A DNA stretch of 64,000 nucleotides, from assembly GCA_016211085.1 (NCBI GenBank), contig JACQSY010000039.1, positions 3,129-67,128 on the forward strand, in the 5' to 3' direction. The notes beneath the pieces are model-generated. The model was not told the origin of the DNA. It worked only from the letters and a program-made list of their open reading frames with translations, and searched no databases. Of the stretch, positions 37,418 to 46,774 are shown piece after piece. This stretch comes from Acidobacteriota bacterium (GTDB lineage Bacteria; Acidobacteriota; UBA6911; RPQK01; JACQSY01). How positions within the stretch are numbered: the stretch's first letter is position 1; every line of letters starts with the position of its first letter. Both the position numbers and the translations under genes were made by a program.

Positions 37418-37714
37418 CTGAGGCAGTATCAGCTCACGAAAATAAGTCTTTCAAGCGGGACGGCGGCCACGGTGCCCATTTAGAAAACGACAGGAAGACC
37501 GCCCCCGCAACCCCGTGCAGACGCCGGTGTTTGTCTCCGGAACACGTTGAATTTTTCCAGTGGGGCTTGCGCCCCGAAATCACCAAGCGACGAGGAGCCA
37601 GACCAGACGTGAGCTGTCGGCGACGAGCAAGAGTTCGGCAACAACCCCCACCGCCCCGAAGGGTTGCGGCACTCCTTCTCCGAGATGGCTCTGCGTATTT
37701 CAGAAGGTGGGACA

Positions 37715-38482
37715 TTAAAAAAGCAATTTCAACCCCGCCAGGAATATGAGGACGGTGACGCTCAGCTTCAGCACTCGTTGGGGTGTTCTGTTGCAGAGGA
37801 TTGTCCCCAAGAACACCCCGGGGGCTGAACCACAAAAAAGCGCCACGAGCAGGCTCCAGTCTACGTGCCCCATGAGCATGTGAAGAAGGGCCGCTGAAAA
37901 CAGCAAGATATTGGCAGTAAAGACGCTGGTTCCAACTGCCAGTCGAGGCAGGCAGCGATAAAAGAGCAAGAAAATGGCTGAAAAAAGTGTGCCGGACCCC
38001 GAACTGGTGATTCCCACCATTAAACCAACGATTACTCCGGCGACTATTGATTTCAGGGGTCGAGCACCGAAAATGCCCGGGTCTGCGTCGGTGGTCAAGC
38101 CGTTCCCTCGCGCCATGTACAAATCCAGGAGCAGAGCAGCTGCAACAACCATTAGAGAAACACCGAGAAGACGCTTGAAAAGGGCTGGAGAAGTCAGGTG
38201 CCCAATTACAACACCGGCCACCTCTCCTGGGATCGCCCCGATCAGCAGATTTCGCGTCAGGCTTAAGACAACGTGCCGGTAACGGTAGTGCCGGTATGAG
38301 CCGACGATCTTTATCAAAAAGCCGTTTAGAGTGTTGGTTCCTACCGCAATCAGCGGATCCTGTTGAAAAAACATGACCAAGCCTGCGGTACCGATCGATC
38401 CCAGACCGATCCCGGTCAAACCAATCAGCAGACCAAAAAACAGCGACCAACCGAAAATTGCCAAAAAGTGTGCGAGATCCAC
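37715..38482 (-). CDS. TauE/SafE-family anion (sulfite/organosulfonate) exporter-like membrane protein
   Basis: 255-aa polytopic membrane protein with glycine-rich TM helices typical of the family. GTG start. Confidence 0.75.
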   Translation of the reverse strand: MDLAHFLAIFGWSLFFGLLIGLTGIGLGSIGTAGLVMFFQQDPLIAVGTNTLNGFLIKIVGSYRHYRYRHVVLSLTRNLLIGAIPGEVAGVVIGHLTSPALFKRLLGVSLMVVAAALLLDLYMARGNGLTTDADPGIFGARPLKSIVAGVIVGLMVGITSSGSGTLFSAIFLLFYRCLPRLAVGTSVFTANILLFSAALLHMLMGHVDWSLLVALFCGSAPGVFLGTILCNRTPQRVLKLSVTVLIFLAGLKLLF

Positions 38483-38715
38483 CCTGAATTCCTAAGAAAA
38501 CCGTTAACTACCTGGCATCAATCCTCAAGCCTGCCAGGCTAAGGCATCTGCGGTTTTCTGATTAAATCGATCAAAATAGGCTATATTGAGCGACTGGTGG
38601 GAGACTGTCAAGGCCAGAAGCACTCCATTGTTTATTGTGATCGGTGACATTGACAATCTGAAAAATGGGAACCTAAGATCAAATCCTGTTTATTTTTCCT
38701 AACGGGAGGGTGTCT

Positions 38716-39882
38716 ATGCCGGCTGGGAGGGACCATTCCGCAATCATCCTGGGTGTCACAGAATCTCTAATCGAGTTCGGTGAAAAACTGGAGCAGTTCC
38801 GGTCGCTCTTACAAAAGCTGCAGGACCAGATTCAGGAGCAAATAAAGGATCTTTCTGTAATTTCAGTATCCCCAAGAGAGTCACCTGCGGAACTGAATTT
38901 CGTTAACACGGCATTCCAGTACCTTGCCGCGGGAAAGACGCAGGAGGAGATTCTTGAAAACTTCTTACAGGAGGCACAGCGATTTACGCGTCGCGCCATT
39001 CTTTTTTTAAAGGAGGGAAACCGTTGGCTGCCTTGGAAAAGTTTCGGCTTTCCCTCTCAGGCCGTTGAGAACCTAGTGTTGGAGCACCCACAGGATCAGG
39101 TGGTGCGGGCTGCTCAGGATAAAAAACTGATCACTCGAAGCGAAGGAATCGAGAAAAGTTTTCCCTGGGTTTGTGAAGCCGGAACTCTTCCAGCTTTTAG
39201 TGTATGCATTCCACTGGTTTTTGTGGATTCGGTTCCCGTTGTTTTCTACGGCGATGCCGATGGCGCCATTGCCGTGGACTCTCTGGAGTTGCTGGCTCAC
39301 CTCACCGAGGTCCTCATCAAGAACCACTATTTACAACTCCGGTTGAGCGAGCAACACTCGACGGGGGAGCTTGAAGCAGCTCTTCCGACCGTCCCGGAAA
39401 CAAGACCCGTTACGGTGGAAGAAACCCAGGAGGGTTCAACCGATACACAGGCGGTAGCCGTAGTACCGGAACCGCAAACGGTTTCGGCAACGGTTGAGTT
39501 GCCGACAGTTGAGGAATCAGCAAGACCCTTGCAGGCTGGGGAGGGTGGAGCCGTGGATGTCTCACTTGGTGCTGAGACCGCAAGGGCTGCAGCCGAGGAG
39601 GAGACACGTTTTCACAGTGACGCGAGGAGGTTTGCCCGTTTGTTGGTTTCTGAAATCAAGCTTTATCATGAGCAGGAAGTACTAAACGGGCGTGAAAACA
39701 AGGACCTTTATCAACGGCTAAAGTTTGACTTTGATCGAAGCCGCGAAATGTACGAAAAAAGAATCAGTCCCATCGTGGCCTCTACAACGGATTACTTTCA
39801 TCAGGAGGCGGTTCGCCTGCTCGCAAAAGGCGATCCCAGTTTGCTTGGTTCAGATTATCCGGGTGAGATGATCCGGAACTGA
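38716..39882 (+). CDS. Hypothetical protein: GAF-like N-terminal half, low-complexity linker, conserved C-terminal helical domain
   Basis: Start at the ATG 5 nt after GGGAGGG. A TTGACA-18-TAAGAT promoter-like element lies at 38650-38679. The C-terminal motif ARRFARLLVSEIKLYHEQEV..GR...DLYQRLK.DFDRSREMY is one I recall as a conserved but unnamed module. Confidence 0.5.
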   Translation: MPAGRDHSAIILGVTESLIEFGEKLEQFRSLLQKLQDQIQEQIKDLSVISVSPRESPAELNFVNTAFQYLAAGKTQEEILENFLQEAQRFTRRAILFLKEGNRWLPWKSFGFPSQAVENLVLEHPQDQVVRAAQDKKLITRSEGIEKSFPWVCEAGTLPAFSVCIPLVFVDSVPVVFYGDADGAIAVDSLELLAHLTEVLIKNHYLQLRLSEQHSTGELEAALPTVPETRPVTVEETQEGSTDTQAVAVVPEPQTVSATVELPTVEESARPLQAGEGGAVDVSLGAETARAAAEEETRFHSDARRFARLLVSEIKLYHEQEVLNGRENKDLYQRLKFDFDRSREMYEKRISPIVASTTDYFHQEAVRLLAKGDPSLLGSDYPGEMIRN

Positions 39883-39894
39883 CCGCCGCATGTA

Positions 39895-41094
39895 ATGTCC
39901 TTGACGCGAAGCCGTATTAGCCATAAAGCCTCTCGATTCACGGAATCAGTGATTCGTGAAATGACCAGGCTCGCCAACCGGCACAATGCCATCAACCTTG
40001 CCCAAGGTTTTCCCAATTTCCCTGCGCCAGAAGAAATCAAGAATGCTGCCTGTGCTGCGATTCAAAACGATGTGAACCAGTACAGCATTACCTGGGGTTC
40101 AGCGGAATTCCGGAGGTCGATAGCGGAAAAATACCGGACTTTTTACGGATGGGAAGTGGATCCGGAGCGAGAGATCACGGTCGGCTGCGGCTCCACTGAA
40201 TGCATGATTGCCTCCATTTTAGCCCTGGTGGATCCGGGTGACCGGGTGGTGATCTTCGAGCCTTTCTATGAGAACTATGGTCCGGACGCCATCATCGCTG
40301 GGGCCCGACCTGTTTTCATCCCCCTGGATTCAACAAAGGGATGGAGCTTCGATCCGGAGTTGCTTGAGAATAAAATCAGGTCCGCTTCGAAAGACACTGG
40401 AATACGGGCTTTGATTTTGAATACACCCAACAATCCCACTGGCCGAGTTTTCTCGCTTGCCGAATTGCAATGCATTTCGGAGCTAGCACAGCGTTATAAC
40501 TTTTATGTTCTCACTGACGAGATTTATGAACACATCACTTATGAGGGGTGCCGGCACTACCCTATCGCCTTGCTGCCCGGTATGGAGGAGCGAACCGTCA
40601 CTATTAGCGGCCTCTCCAAGACATTCAGCGTAACGGGTTGGCGAATCGGGTACATCATCGCGCCGCCGGACTGCTCGTCAGCCATTCGCAAAATGCACGA
40701 TTTCCTTACGGTCGGAGCGGCAGCTCCGCTGCAAGAAGCCGGAGTCGCTGCCTTCCAATTGGGTCAAGATTACTACCGTAAGCTCGCCGAGGATTACACT
40801 AAGCGTCGTGATTTTCTGGGCGCGGCTTTGACGGAAGCAGGATTTAAGATCTGGAAACCTTTCGGGGCTTACTATATGATGGCGGATATTTCAGGATTGA
40901 CCCATCTCGGTGACGTGGAGTTTGTAAACGAAATGATCTGCAGGTATGGAGTTGCGGCCGTACCTGGCAGCAGCTTCTTCCATGATCCTCAGCTGGGAAA
41001 GCACTTGGTGCGATTCGCATTCTGCAAGTCCTTGGACGTGCTAAGTCAAGCTGCCGAACGGCTCATGGAGCTTGGTAAAGATTTCAAGTCGTGA
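39895..41094 (+). CDS. Class I/II pyridoxal-phosphate aminotransferase
   Basis: NLAQGFPNFP, NTPNNPTG and the PLP-lysine context SGLSKTFSVTGWRIGY. Confidence 0.85.
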   Translation: MSLTRSRISHKASRFTESVIREMTRLANRHNAINLAQGFPNFPAPEEIKNAACAAIQNDVNQYSITWGSAEFRRSIAEKYRTFYGWEVDPEREITVGCGSTECMIASILALVDPGDRVVIFEPFYENYGPDAIIAGARPVFIPLDSTKGWSFDPELLENKIRSASKDTGIRALILNTPNNPTGRVFSLAELQCISELAQRYNFYVLTDEIYEHITYEGCRHYPIALLPGMEERTVTISGLSKTFSVTGWRIGYIIAPPDCSSAIRKMHDFLTVGAAAPLQEAGVAAFQLGQDYYRKLAEDYTKRRDFLGAALTEAGFKIWKPFGAYYMMADISGLTHLGDVEFVNEMICRYGVAAVPGSSFFHDPQLGKHLVRFAFCKSLDVLSQAAERLMELGKDFKS

Positions 41095-41705
41095 TTAGAA
41101 AAACAATAAAACGAGTCAAAAACGAAGATCAGGAAATCATCCGTCGCATTCTTGACGGAGAGCAATGGCAGTATCAGTATTTGGTGGAAAAGTACCAGCA
41201 GCGGGTCATAAACATCGTGGCCTGTATAACGGGAGACCGCACGGAGGCCGAGGACATTACACAGAAGGTTTTCATCAAGATCTACTATTCTCTGGACAGG
41301 TTCGATCCTTCGCTCCCCTTCTTCCCATGGCTCTATCGGGTGACTGTTAATCAATGCTATGACGAGCTCAGGCGATTTCGAAGGAAACGCCAGACCATTT
41401 TCTCGGACATGGACGGCTCCGAGACGCAAATCGTCGCAGAGCCGATTCGCAGGCCGGACCATCATCTGGAGCGGAAAAACCTGGCTGGACTGGTCCGCAA
41501 GCTGCTATTTTCGCTTCCCCGGCGCTACCGGGACATTTTGATATTGAAGGATGTTGCCGACCATTCTTATGACGAGATTTCAGAAATACTCGGGTGCAGT
41601 ATGCAGGCAGTTCGGCTGAAGGTTTTCCGGGCCCGTAACTTATTAAGAAAAAAAATTTCACATTTGATGAAAGAAGAACGGCGTTTTCTCAGTAGTTATC
41701 AATGA
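41091..41705 (+). CDS. ECF-type RNA polymerase sigma-70 family factor
   Basis: Region 2 (FPWLYRVTVNQCYDELRR) and region 4 HTH (SYDEISEILGCSMQAVRLKVFRARNLL). GTGA overlap with the upstream gene. Confidence 0.85.
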   Translation: MIRKTIKRVKNEDQEIIRRILDGEQWQYQYLVEKYQQRVINIVACITGDRTEAEDITQKVFIKIYYSLDRFDPSLPFFPWLYRVTVNQCYDELRRFRRKRQTIFSDMDGSETQIVAEPIRRPDHHLERKNLAGLVRKLLFSLPRRYRDILILKDVADHSYDEISEILGCSMQAVRLKVFRARNLLRKKISHLMKEERRFLSSYQ

Positions 41706-42154
41706 TGAGATGCTCACCATTTTTGAGTATTTCGCGCTTGATCGACGGCGACCTGTCCGAGCATGAGTGCGCTCAGGTACGCCGCCATCTGGAAAGCTGT
41801 GTGACTTGTGCGCGGCTTTATGGCGAAATGTGTGAGGCGCGAGAAGTGGTGCGTGCGTTCAGTCGGCAGGAGCTTTCCACATCGCTGTGGCCTGCCGTCC
41901 GGAGAGGTTTGCACGAGCAGCCGGTGAGCGTTTGGTGTTCGTTTTACCAATTGGCGCGTGCGATAACACCCTTGATGGCCGGTCTGGCGGCGGTAGTTGT
42001 GTTCTTTATCACTTTAGGGTTCGTGTCCGGCGAAGGCTCGCGTTTGCGCTCTTGTCGGCAGGATCACCTGATTATTGAGCAGGACAGGATTACCCATCGC
42101 GATATTTTGTCATCGCTGGCGGAAATCAGCCGGGTTGGAATGGATGAAGATTAA
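41702..42154 (+). CDS. Anti-sigma factor (zf-HC2 type) with one TM helix
   Basis: ATGA overlap with the sigma gene. HLESCVTCARLYGEM zinc-binding anti-sigma motif. Central hydrophobic helix. Confidence 0.65.
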   Translation: MMRCSPFLSISRLIDGDLSEHECAQVRRHLESCVTCARLYGEMCEAREVVRAFSRQELSTSLWPAVRRGLHEQPVSVWCSFYQLARAITPLMAGLAAVVVFFITLGFVSGEGSRLRSCRQDHLIIEQDRITHRDILSSLAEISRVGMDED

Positions 42155-42521
42155 AACCAAAGCAGTCTTGTACTTGAGCGGCGTCTTTATTTCCGGCTTG
42201 CTTCTTGGAATGGTGATCGGCATATATACCGAGCGCAGCACAGACGCCTCTCCTCCGTTGTCGTTTACGGAATATCACGGCAAGTCCCAGGTCGTGGCCA
42301 AGCTCCGCGCCGAGCTGGATCTCAACGACCAGCAGGTGGCAAGTATTGAAAAAATTGTCGATTCATGCCGCCAACGTTTTCTTGCATTGCGAGACGATTT
42401 CAAACCCCTCTCAGACCGGCTGGTCTCAAAAATGAACGCAGACATACGGGCAATTCTGACGTCTGAACAGAGAGAACGGTTTGATAAATTTCTAGACCGC
42501 GAATTCAGAAAACGAAGGTAA
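42144..42521 (+). CDS. Periplasmic Spy/CpxP-like (LTXXQ-motif) protein
   Basis: Start at MKIKTKAVLY..., overlapping the anti-sigma stop. N-terminal TM/signal helix and two LxxxQ motifs (LNDQQVASIEKI, LTSEQRERFDKF). Confidence 0.6.
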   Translation: MKIKTKAVLYLSGVFISGLLLGMVIGIYTERSTDASPPLSFTEYHGKSQVVAKLRAELDLNDQQVASIEKIVDSCRQRFLALRDDFKPLSDRLVSKMNADIRAILTSEQRERFDKFLDREFRKRR

Positions 42522-42546
42522 GCTATCCGCTCTGTTCGATCTTCCC

Positions 42547-44313
42547 ATGGAAAACCGAGAACTGGCGAGAGTCTTCTCGGAAATGGCCGACATCCTTGAA
42601 TTGACCGAAGGAAATTCTTTCCGAATCCGGTCCTTCCGCAGAGTCTCCCAAACCATAGAAAATCTAGGTTTTAGCCTTGCCAAAACTTTCCGTGAAGATA
42701 TTGAAAAAGTGCGCCAGCTTCCGGGAATCGGTGAGGGGACTATCCGTAAGATCCAGGAATTGCTCGATACCGGGACGTGTCAGGAATACGAGCAGCTGAA
42801 GGCGAAACTGCCCCCCATGCTTATTTCCATGCTGGAGCTACAGGGTGTCGGTCCCAAAAAAATCTCTCTCTTCTGGCACGCTCTCGAAATCACTTCAATT
42901 GACGAGTTGGAAGCCGCTGCGCGCGCACAAAGACTGAGAGTCCTCCCCGGGATGGGAGAGAAGAGTGAAAAAAAGATATTCAGAGCGATCCAAGAGTATC
43001 GTCAGCGGGGAGGACGGATCCGTCTCGACGAGGGTCTTGAAATCGCGGCATCTTTAATTGCTAACCTCCAGGAGAGGGTCGCTCCTGAGCAGATTGCATA
43101 TGCAGGAAGCTTGCGGCGCCGCAAGGACACCGTGGGGGACGTCGACCTGCTGGTTAGCTGCGGTGTTGCACCGTCCCAGGCCATAGAGGCATTTACGAGT
43201 CATGGGTCTGTTCGGTCCGTCCTCGCCAAAGGCGATACCAAGGCTTCCGTCATACTTTCTCGTGGAGTTCAGGCTGACCTGCGTGTGATCGACTCTCAAT
43301 CCTTCGGTGCTGCTTTGCAATACTTCACCGGGTCGAAGGAACACAATGTAGCCCTCCGTGAACGAGCCAAAAGAATGGGTTACAAGATCAATGAGTATGG
43401 AGTTTTCCGAATTGACGATAATTCAAGAATTGCCGGTACCGAGGAGTTGGAGGTTTACTCTGCGCTTGACCTGCCGTTGATTCCTCCTGAACTGCGTGAA
43501 GGCCACGGAGAAATCGAGAAAGCAGAGCGCAATGAATTGCCCCGTTTGATTGAGCTCAGGGATATCCAAGGCGACCTCCACGTTCACACAGTCGCTTCGG
43601 ATGGCCGCGATACGGTTTTTGCAATGGCTCAAGCTGGCTTGGAGGCGGGCTACCAGTACATTGGAATTACCGACCACAGCAAAGCTGTAGCCGTCGCACA
43701 TGGACTGGACGAAAAACGATTGATCGCACACTTGGACGAAATCGATCGAGTGCGTAAAGCACAACCAGGCATTGCTATCTTGAAAGGCATCGAGGTGGAT
43801 ATCCTGGCGGAAGGGGCCCTTGACCTGAGTGAGGAGGCGCTCTCGGGTCTTGATGTGGTAGTTGCTTCCATACACAGCCGATTCAATATGAGCGAAAGAG
43901 AAATGACTCTTCGCGTGTGCAGAGCGCTGGAAAATCGATTCGTGAACATCCTGGCCCATCCGACGGGGCGGCTGCTCACGAGAAGAGAGCCTTACCCGGT
44001 AAATTTGCAGGAAGTCATCAAAGTAGCTCTCCAGAACCGAGTGTGCCTGGAAATTAATGCTTACCCGGAACGACTCGATCTATCCGATGTGCACTGCAGA
44101 ATGGCCAAGGAGAACGGAGTTCTTTTGAGCATTAATTCTGACAGTCACAACCGGCAGATGCTCCATTACATGAAGTACGGTATCTACACTGCTCGACGAG
44201 GATGGTTAGAACCCCAGGATGTTATAAATACATACGTATTGGATGACTTAAGACGGGTGCTCAAGAAGGAAATCTATGCCGGATCGATTTCTAGGAGCCT
44301 GGAGAAAAGATGA
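42547..44313 (+). CDS. Family X DNA polymerase with C-terminal PHP phosphoesterase domain (PolX)
   Basis: HhH motifs (LPGIGEGT, LQGVGPKK). Pol-beta nucleotidyltransferase motif GSLRRRKDTVGDVDLLV. PHP domain GDLHVHTVASDG...ITDHS. Confidence 0.9.
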   Translation: MENRELARVFSEMADILELTEGNSFRIRSFRRVSQTIENLGFSLAKTFREDIEKVRQLPGIGEGTIRKIQELLDTGTCQEYEQLKAKLPPMLISMLELQGVGPKKISLFWHALEITSIDELEAAARAQRLRVLPGMGEKSEKKIFRAIQEYRQRGGRIRLDEGLEIAASLIANLQERVAPEQIAYAGSLRRRKDTVGDVDLLVSCGVAPSQAIEAFTSHGSVRSVLAKGDTKASVILSRGVQADLRVIDSQSFGAALQYFTGSKEHNVALRERAKRMGYKINEYGVFRIDDNSRIAGTEELEVYSALDLPLIPPELREGHGEIEKAERNELPRLIELRDIQGDLHVHTVASDGRDTVFAMAQAGLEAGYQYIGITDHSKAVAVAHGLDEKRLIAHLDEIDRVRKAQPGIAILKGIEVDILAEGALDLSEEALSGLDVVVASIHSRFNMSEREMTLRVCRALENRFVNILAHPTGRLLTRREPYPVNLQEVIKVALQNRVCLEINAYPERLDLSDVHCRMAKENGVLLSINSDSHNRQMLHYMKYGIYTARRGWLEPQDVINTYVLDDLRRVLKKEIYAGSISRSLEKR

Positions 44314-44561
44314 TCAAGAATTTGCTTCCCAAACAGACGGTCTGTAATCAGAAAAATGAAAAGGGAGAAACCTGTTTTGGTTTGTTGAAGCGTTATTATC
44401 CCTTTGCAAGCTACTACAATGAGACGGATGCCACTCTAGCCGCCAAAATCAAGAAGGAGGTGGGTAGCGATGCCGGCTTGGTTCTTCTCAAGTGCGAATT
44501 GTGCAGCACTGTTTACCGCCTGCCCGAGGTCTTGGAGCGCAAGTACGCAGCAAAACAGTAA
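44310..44561 (+). CDS. Small Cys4 (zinc-ribbon-like) protein
   Basis: 83 aa with an ATGA overlap with polX. Cys pairs Cx8C and CxxC (CNQKNEKGETC ... CELC). Confidence 0.45.
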   Translation: MIKNLLPKQTVCNQKNEKGETCFGLLKRYYPFASYYNETDATLAAKIKKEVGSDAGLVLLKCELCSTVYRLPEVLERKYAAKQ

Positions 44562-44570
44562 GGTTTATTC

Positions 44571-45449
44571 ATGCAGCGGTCCGGTTTAAAGCGCGCGGTT
44601 TATATCTGTATAGTGCTTTTACTGATAGGGGAGGACTTTCTCTATTCATGGGGTGCGCTCGGCCATCGGCTGATTACAGGAATGGCGGTGGATTATTCAA
44701 GAGGGGAGTATCGTGCTGCTCTTATGCGCCATCGCAACTACCTGATCGACCACTCGATGGATGCCGATCACCGCAAAGAAACGGATCCCAATGAAAGCGT
44801 GCGGCATTTTGTGGACCTGGATCGCTATGGGCCTTTTCCGTTTAATGAGTTCAGTCTTGATTTTCGAATCCTCTCGCGCAAGCTCGGCGAGCAACGGGTC
44901 AAGAAAAATGGCGTTTTGTTATGGGCGATTGAGGAAAGCTACAGGAATCTGGTCCGGGCATTTGAAAAACACGACCCTCAAGCGATAAGAAGATACCTGT
45001 CCGATGTGGCGCACTACGTGGCTGATCTGCACCAGCCGCTCCACACCACCGAGAACTATGATGGACAACTTTCAGGTCAGGAGGGAATTCATTACCGGTT
45101 TGAATATGAACTGGTCAGTTCTCTTCTGCCGGTAATTAGCTTTTCGCCCGACCCGCCCCAAGACCTGGGTAGCGTTCTGCCGTCACTTTATCAATTTGCC
45201 CTCGACAGCTATGTTTGCGTTGACGATATCCTTAGAGCGGACCAAAGAGCTGTGGAACAACTGAAAATCAACCGGAAGGAATACGAGAGGACAAAGGGAG
45301 AAAAACGCAAACCCTATCCCGTCCCATACTATGCGTTGCTGGAGAAAGAACTGGGCTTGCTTCTCAAAGAGAGAATGAACAAGGCGGTTTTTGCGTTATC
45401 CTCCCTGTGGATGATGGCATGGCAGGCTGCAGGCCGGCCGTCATTTTAA
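44571..45449 (+). CDS. S1/P1-nuclease-family zinc-dependent nuclease
   Basis: Signal/TM N-terminus, then WGALGHRLI (mature N-terminal Trp/His zinc ligands) and HYVADLHQPLH. Confidence 0.7.
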   Translation: MQRSGLKRAVYICIVLLLIGEDFLYSWGALGHRLITGMAVDYSRGEYRAALMRHRNYLIDHSMDADHRKETDPNESVRHFVDLDRYGPFPFNEFSLDFRILSRKLGEQRVKKNGVLLWAIEESYRNLVRAFEKHDPQAIRRYLSDVAHYVADLHQPLHTTENYDGQLSGQEGIHYRFEYELVSSLLPVISFSPDPPQDLGSVLPSLYQFALDSYVCVDDILRADQRAVEQLKINRKEYERTKGEKRKPYPVPYYALLEKELGLLLKERMNKAVFALSSLWMMAWQAAGRPSF

Positions 45450-46472
45450 AAATTTCCAGAAATCGCTCAGTGCCCGCCGGTACTGCTCCGAGTAACGGGT
45501 GTAGTCTTCCAGGTTCGCGGGCTCGATGGTCATTTCCTGCGGCGTCAGGGAAGAGCTCACCGTCATCCTGACACAGTTTCCGAGAGCGGTCAGATTGTAA
45601 CCCCCTTCCAGGACATAGATGATTCGATGCTGCGCCACTTCGGCAGCGATCGAATTCAACAGGTGAACCATCTGCGCATAGCCGGCTTCATCCATCCTCA
45701 TGCCTCCCAATGAGTCATCACGGTGGGCATCGTAACCTGCTGAAACAATGATAAGCTCAGGCCTGTACTGTCTCAAAATAGGGATTACGAAATCCTGAAA
45801 GGTTTTACAGTAGAAATAATTTCCCATGCCGGAGCGGATTGGGAAATTTGCGGTGAACCCTTCACCCATGCCGGATCCAGTTTCGGAAAAATGCCCGGTG
45901 CCTGGATAGAAAGGGTATTGATGCAGTGAGACGTACAGCACGTCGTCGCGCTCATAAAAGATCTCCTGCGTGCCATTTCCGTGGTGAACATCGAAGTCAA
46001 CGATGGCCACACGCTTGAGTCCCGCTTTGCGAGCTTGTTGGGCGGCGATTGCCACATTGTTGAAGAGACAGAATCCCATGGCCCGGTCCCGTCCGGCATG
46101 ATGTCCAGGGGGGCGAACGATTGCAAATCCCGACTTAAGCTGGCCGGTGAGAACATGGTGTAAGAGTTCCAGGGTGCTTCCTACAGCGCGGGTCGCAGCT
46201 GCAAAAGAGTAAGGTCCAGCATAAGTGTCTGCATCGAGTTGTGAAAAGGAAAGTCCTGCGGTTCTCTTGATTCTTTGAAGATGGGCCGTCGTATGCACGC
46301 TGCAGATCTGCCCTTCTTCTGCATCTCTTCCGGCCACCAGCGTCAGCTGGTCAAATTGGTCCCAATCTCGGAGCGCTCTTTCGATGGCGACGACTCGATC
46401 GGGACTTTCTGGGTGTCCTGGTGGAGTAAAGTGTTCCCGGAAGGTTGGATCCAAGACCAGACCAAAGTTCAT
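45441..46472 (-). CDS. Histone-deacetylase-family (class II/AcuC-like) deacetylase
   Basis: RPPGHHA, DFDVHHGNGTQ and EGGYN motifs. Confidence 0.85.
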   Translation of the reverse strand: MNFGLVLDPTFREHFTPPGHPESPDRVVAIERALRDWDQFDQLTLVAGRDAEEGQICSVHTTAHLQRIKRTAGLSFSQLDADTYAGPYSFAAATRAVGSTLELLHHVLTGQLKSGFAIVRPPGHHAGRDRAMGFCLFNNVAIAAQQARKAGLKRVAIVDFDVHHGNGTQEIFYERDDVLYVSLHQYPFYPGTGHFSETGSGMGEGFTANFPIRSGMGNYFYCKTFQDFVIPILRQYRPELIIVSAGYDAHRDDSLGGMRMDEAGYAQMVHLLNSIAAEVAQHRIIYVLEGGYNLTALGNCVRMTVSSSLTPQEMTIEPANLEDYTRYSEQYRRALSDFWKFLK

Positions 46473-46774
46473 ATTTCAAGCGCCACGTGTTCTAGTGAAT
46501 CCTACCGTCTCCAAAACGTGTTGAGTTTTGTTGCGGCGGGACAGCCATCTCCTTGATGCTCCTCTTCCAGGATGACTCGGAGTCGCGCTGATCGTCGTTT
46601 AGCGGAATCAGAAATGCTTTCTTATCCATGAGCAGACCAAGAACTGTAATACGCGTCTCTGCTTTTTTCTAAGCAGTGTTACGGACCAGGGGTCGATGTT
46701 AGCCGATTTGGTGAGCCTAAAAAAGCAGATTGCTCACAGAGCATTAAGAATGGATGTTGATTTAAAATGTCGTT

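Noticed and set aside
37434-38450. 338-aa ORF on the minus strand, longer than the TauE-like ORF it overlaps
   Set aside because: It is in a different frame of the same strand as the 255-aa TauE/SafE-like gene. Its translation is Arg/Gly/Pro/Ser-rich with no hydrophobic-helix pattern or recognisable motif, whereas the TauE frame gives a coherent polytopic membrane protein. It is a shadow ORF.
46492-46629. 45-codon minus-strand ORF (MDKKAFLIPLNDDQRDSESSWKRS...) in the 302-bp gap upstream of the deacetylase gene, considered as a leader peptide or small protein
   Set aside because: There is no Shine-Dalgarno, no recognisable motif and unremarkable composition. I cannot assess conservation without a search, so the evidence is too weak to annotate.
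46473-46774. Large intergenic gaps (46473-46774, 47671-47832, 50354-50497, 62602-62795) inspected for tRNA, tmRNA, RNase P, SRP RNA or riboswitch-like structure
   Set aside because: I saw no cloverleaf-compatible arms or conserved riboswitch cores, only short weak hairpins without U-tracts (for example CCGTCG-tcgc-CGACGG near 47715 and GTCTCC-cctc-GGAGAC at 50371-50386). A covariance-model scan (Rfam/Infernal, tRNAscan-SE) would be needed to be sure.
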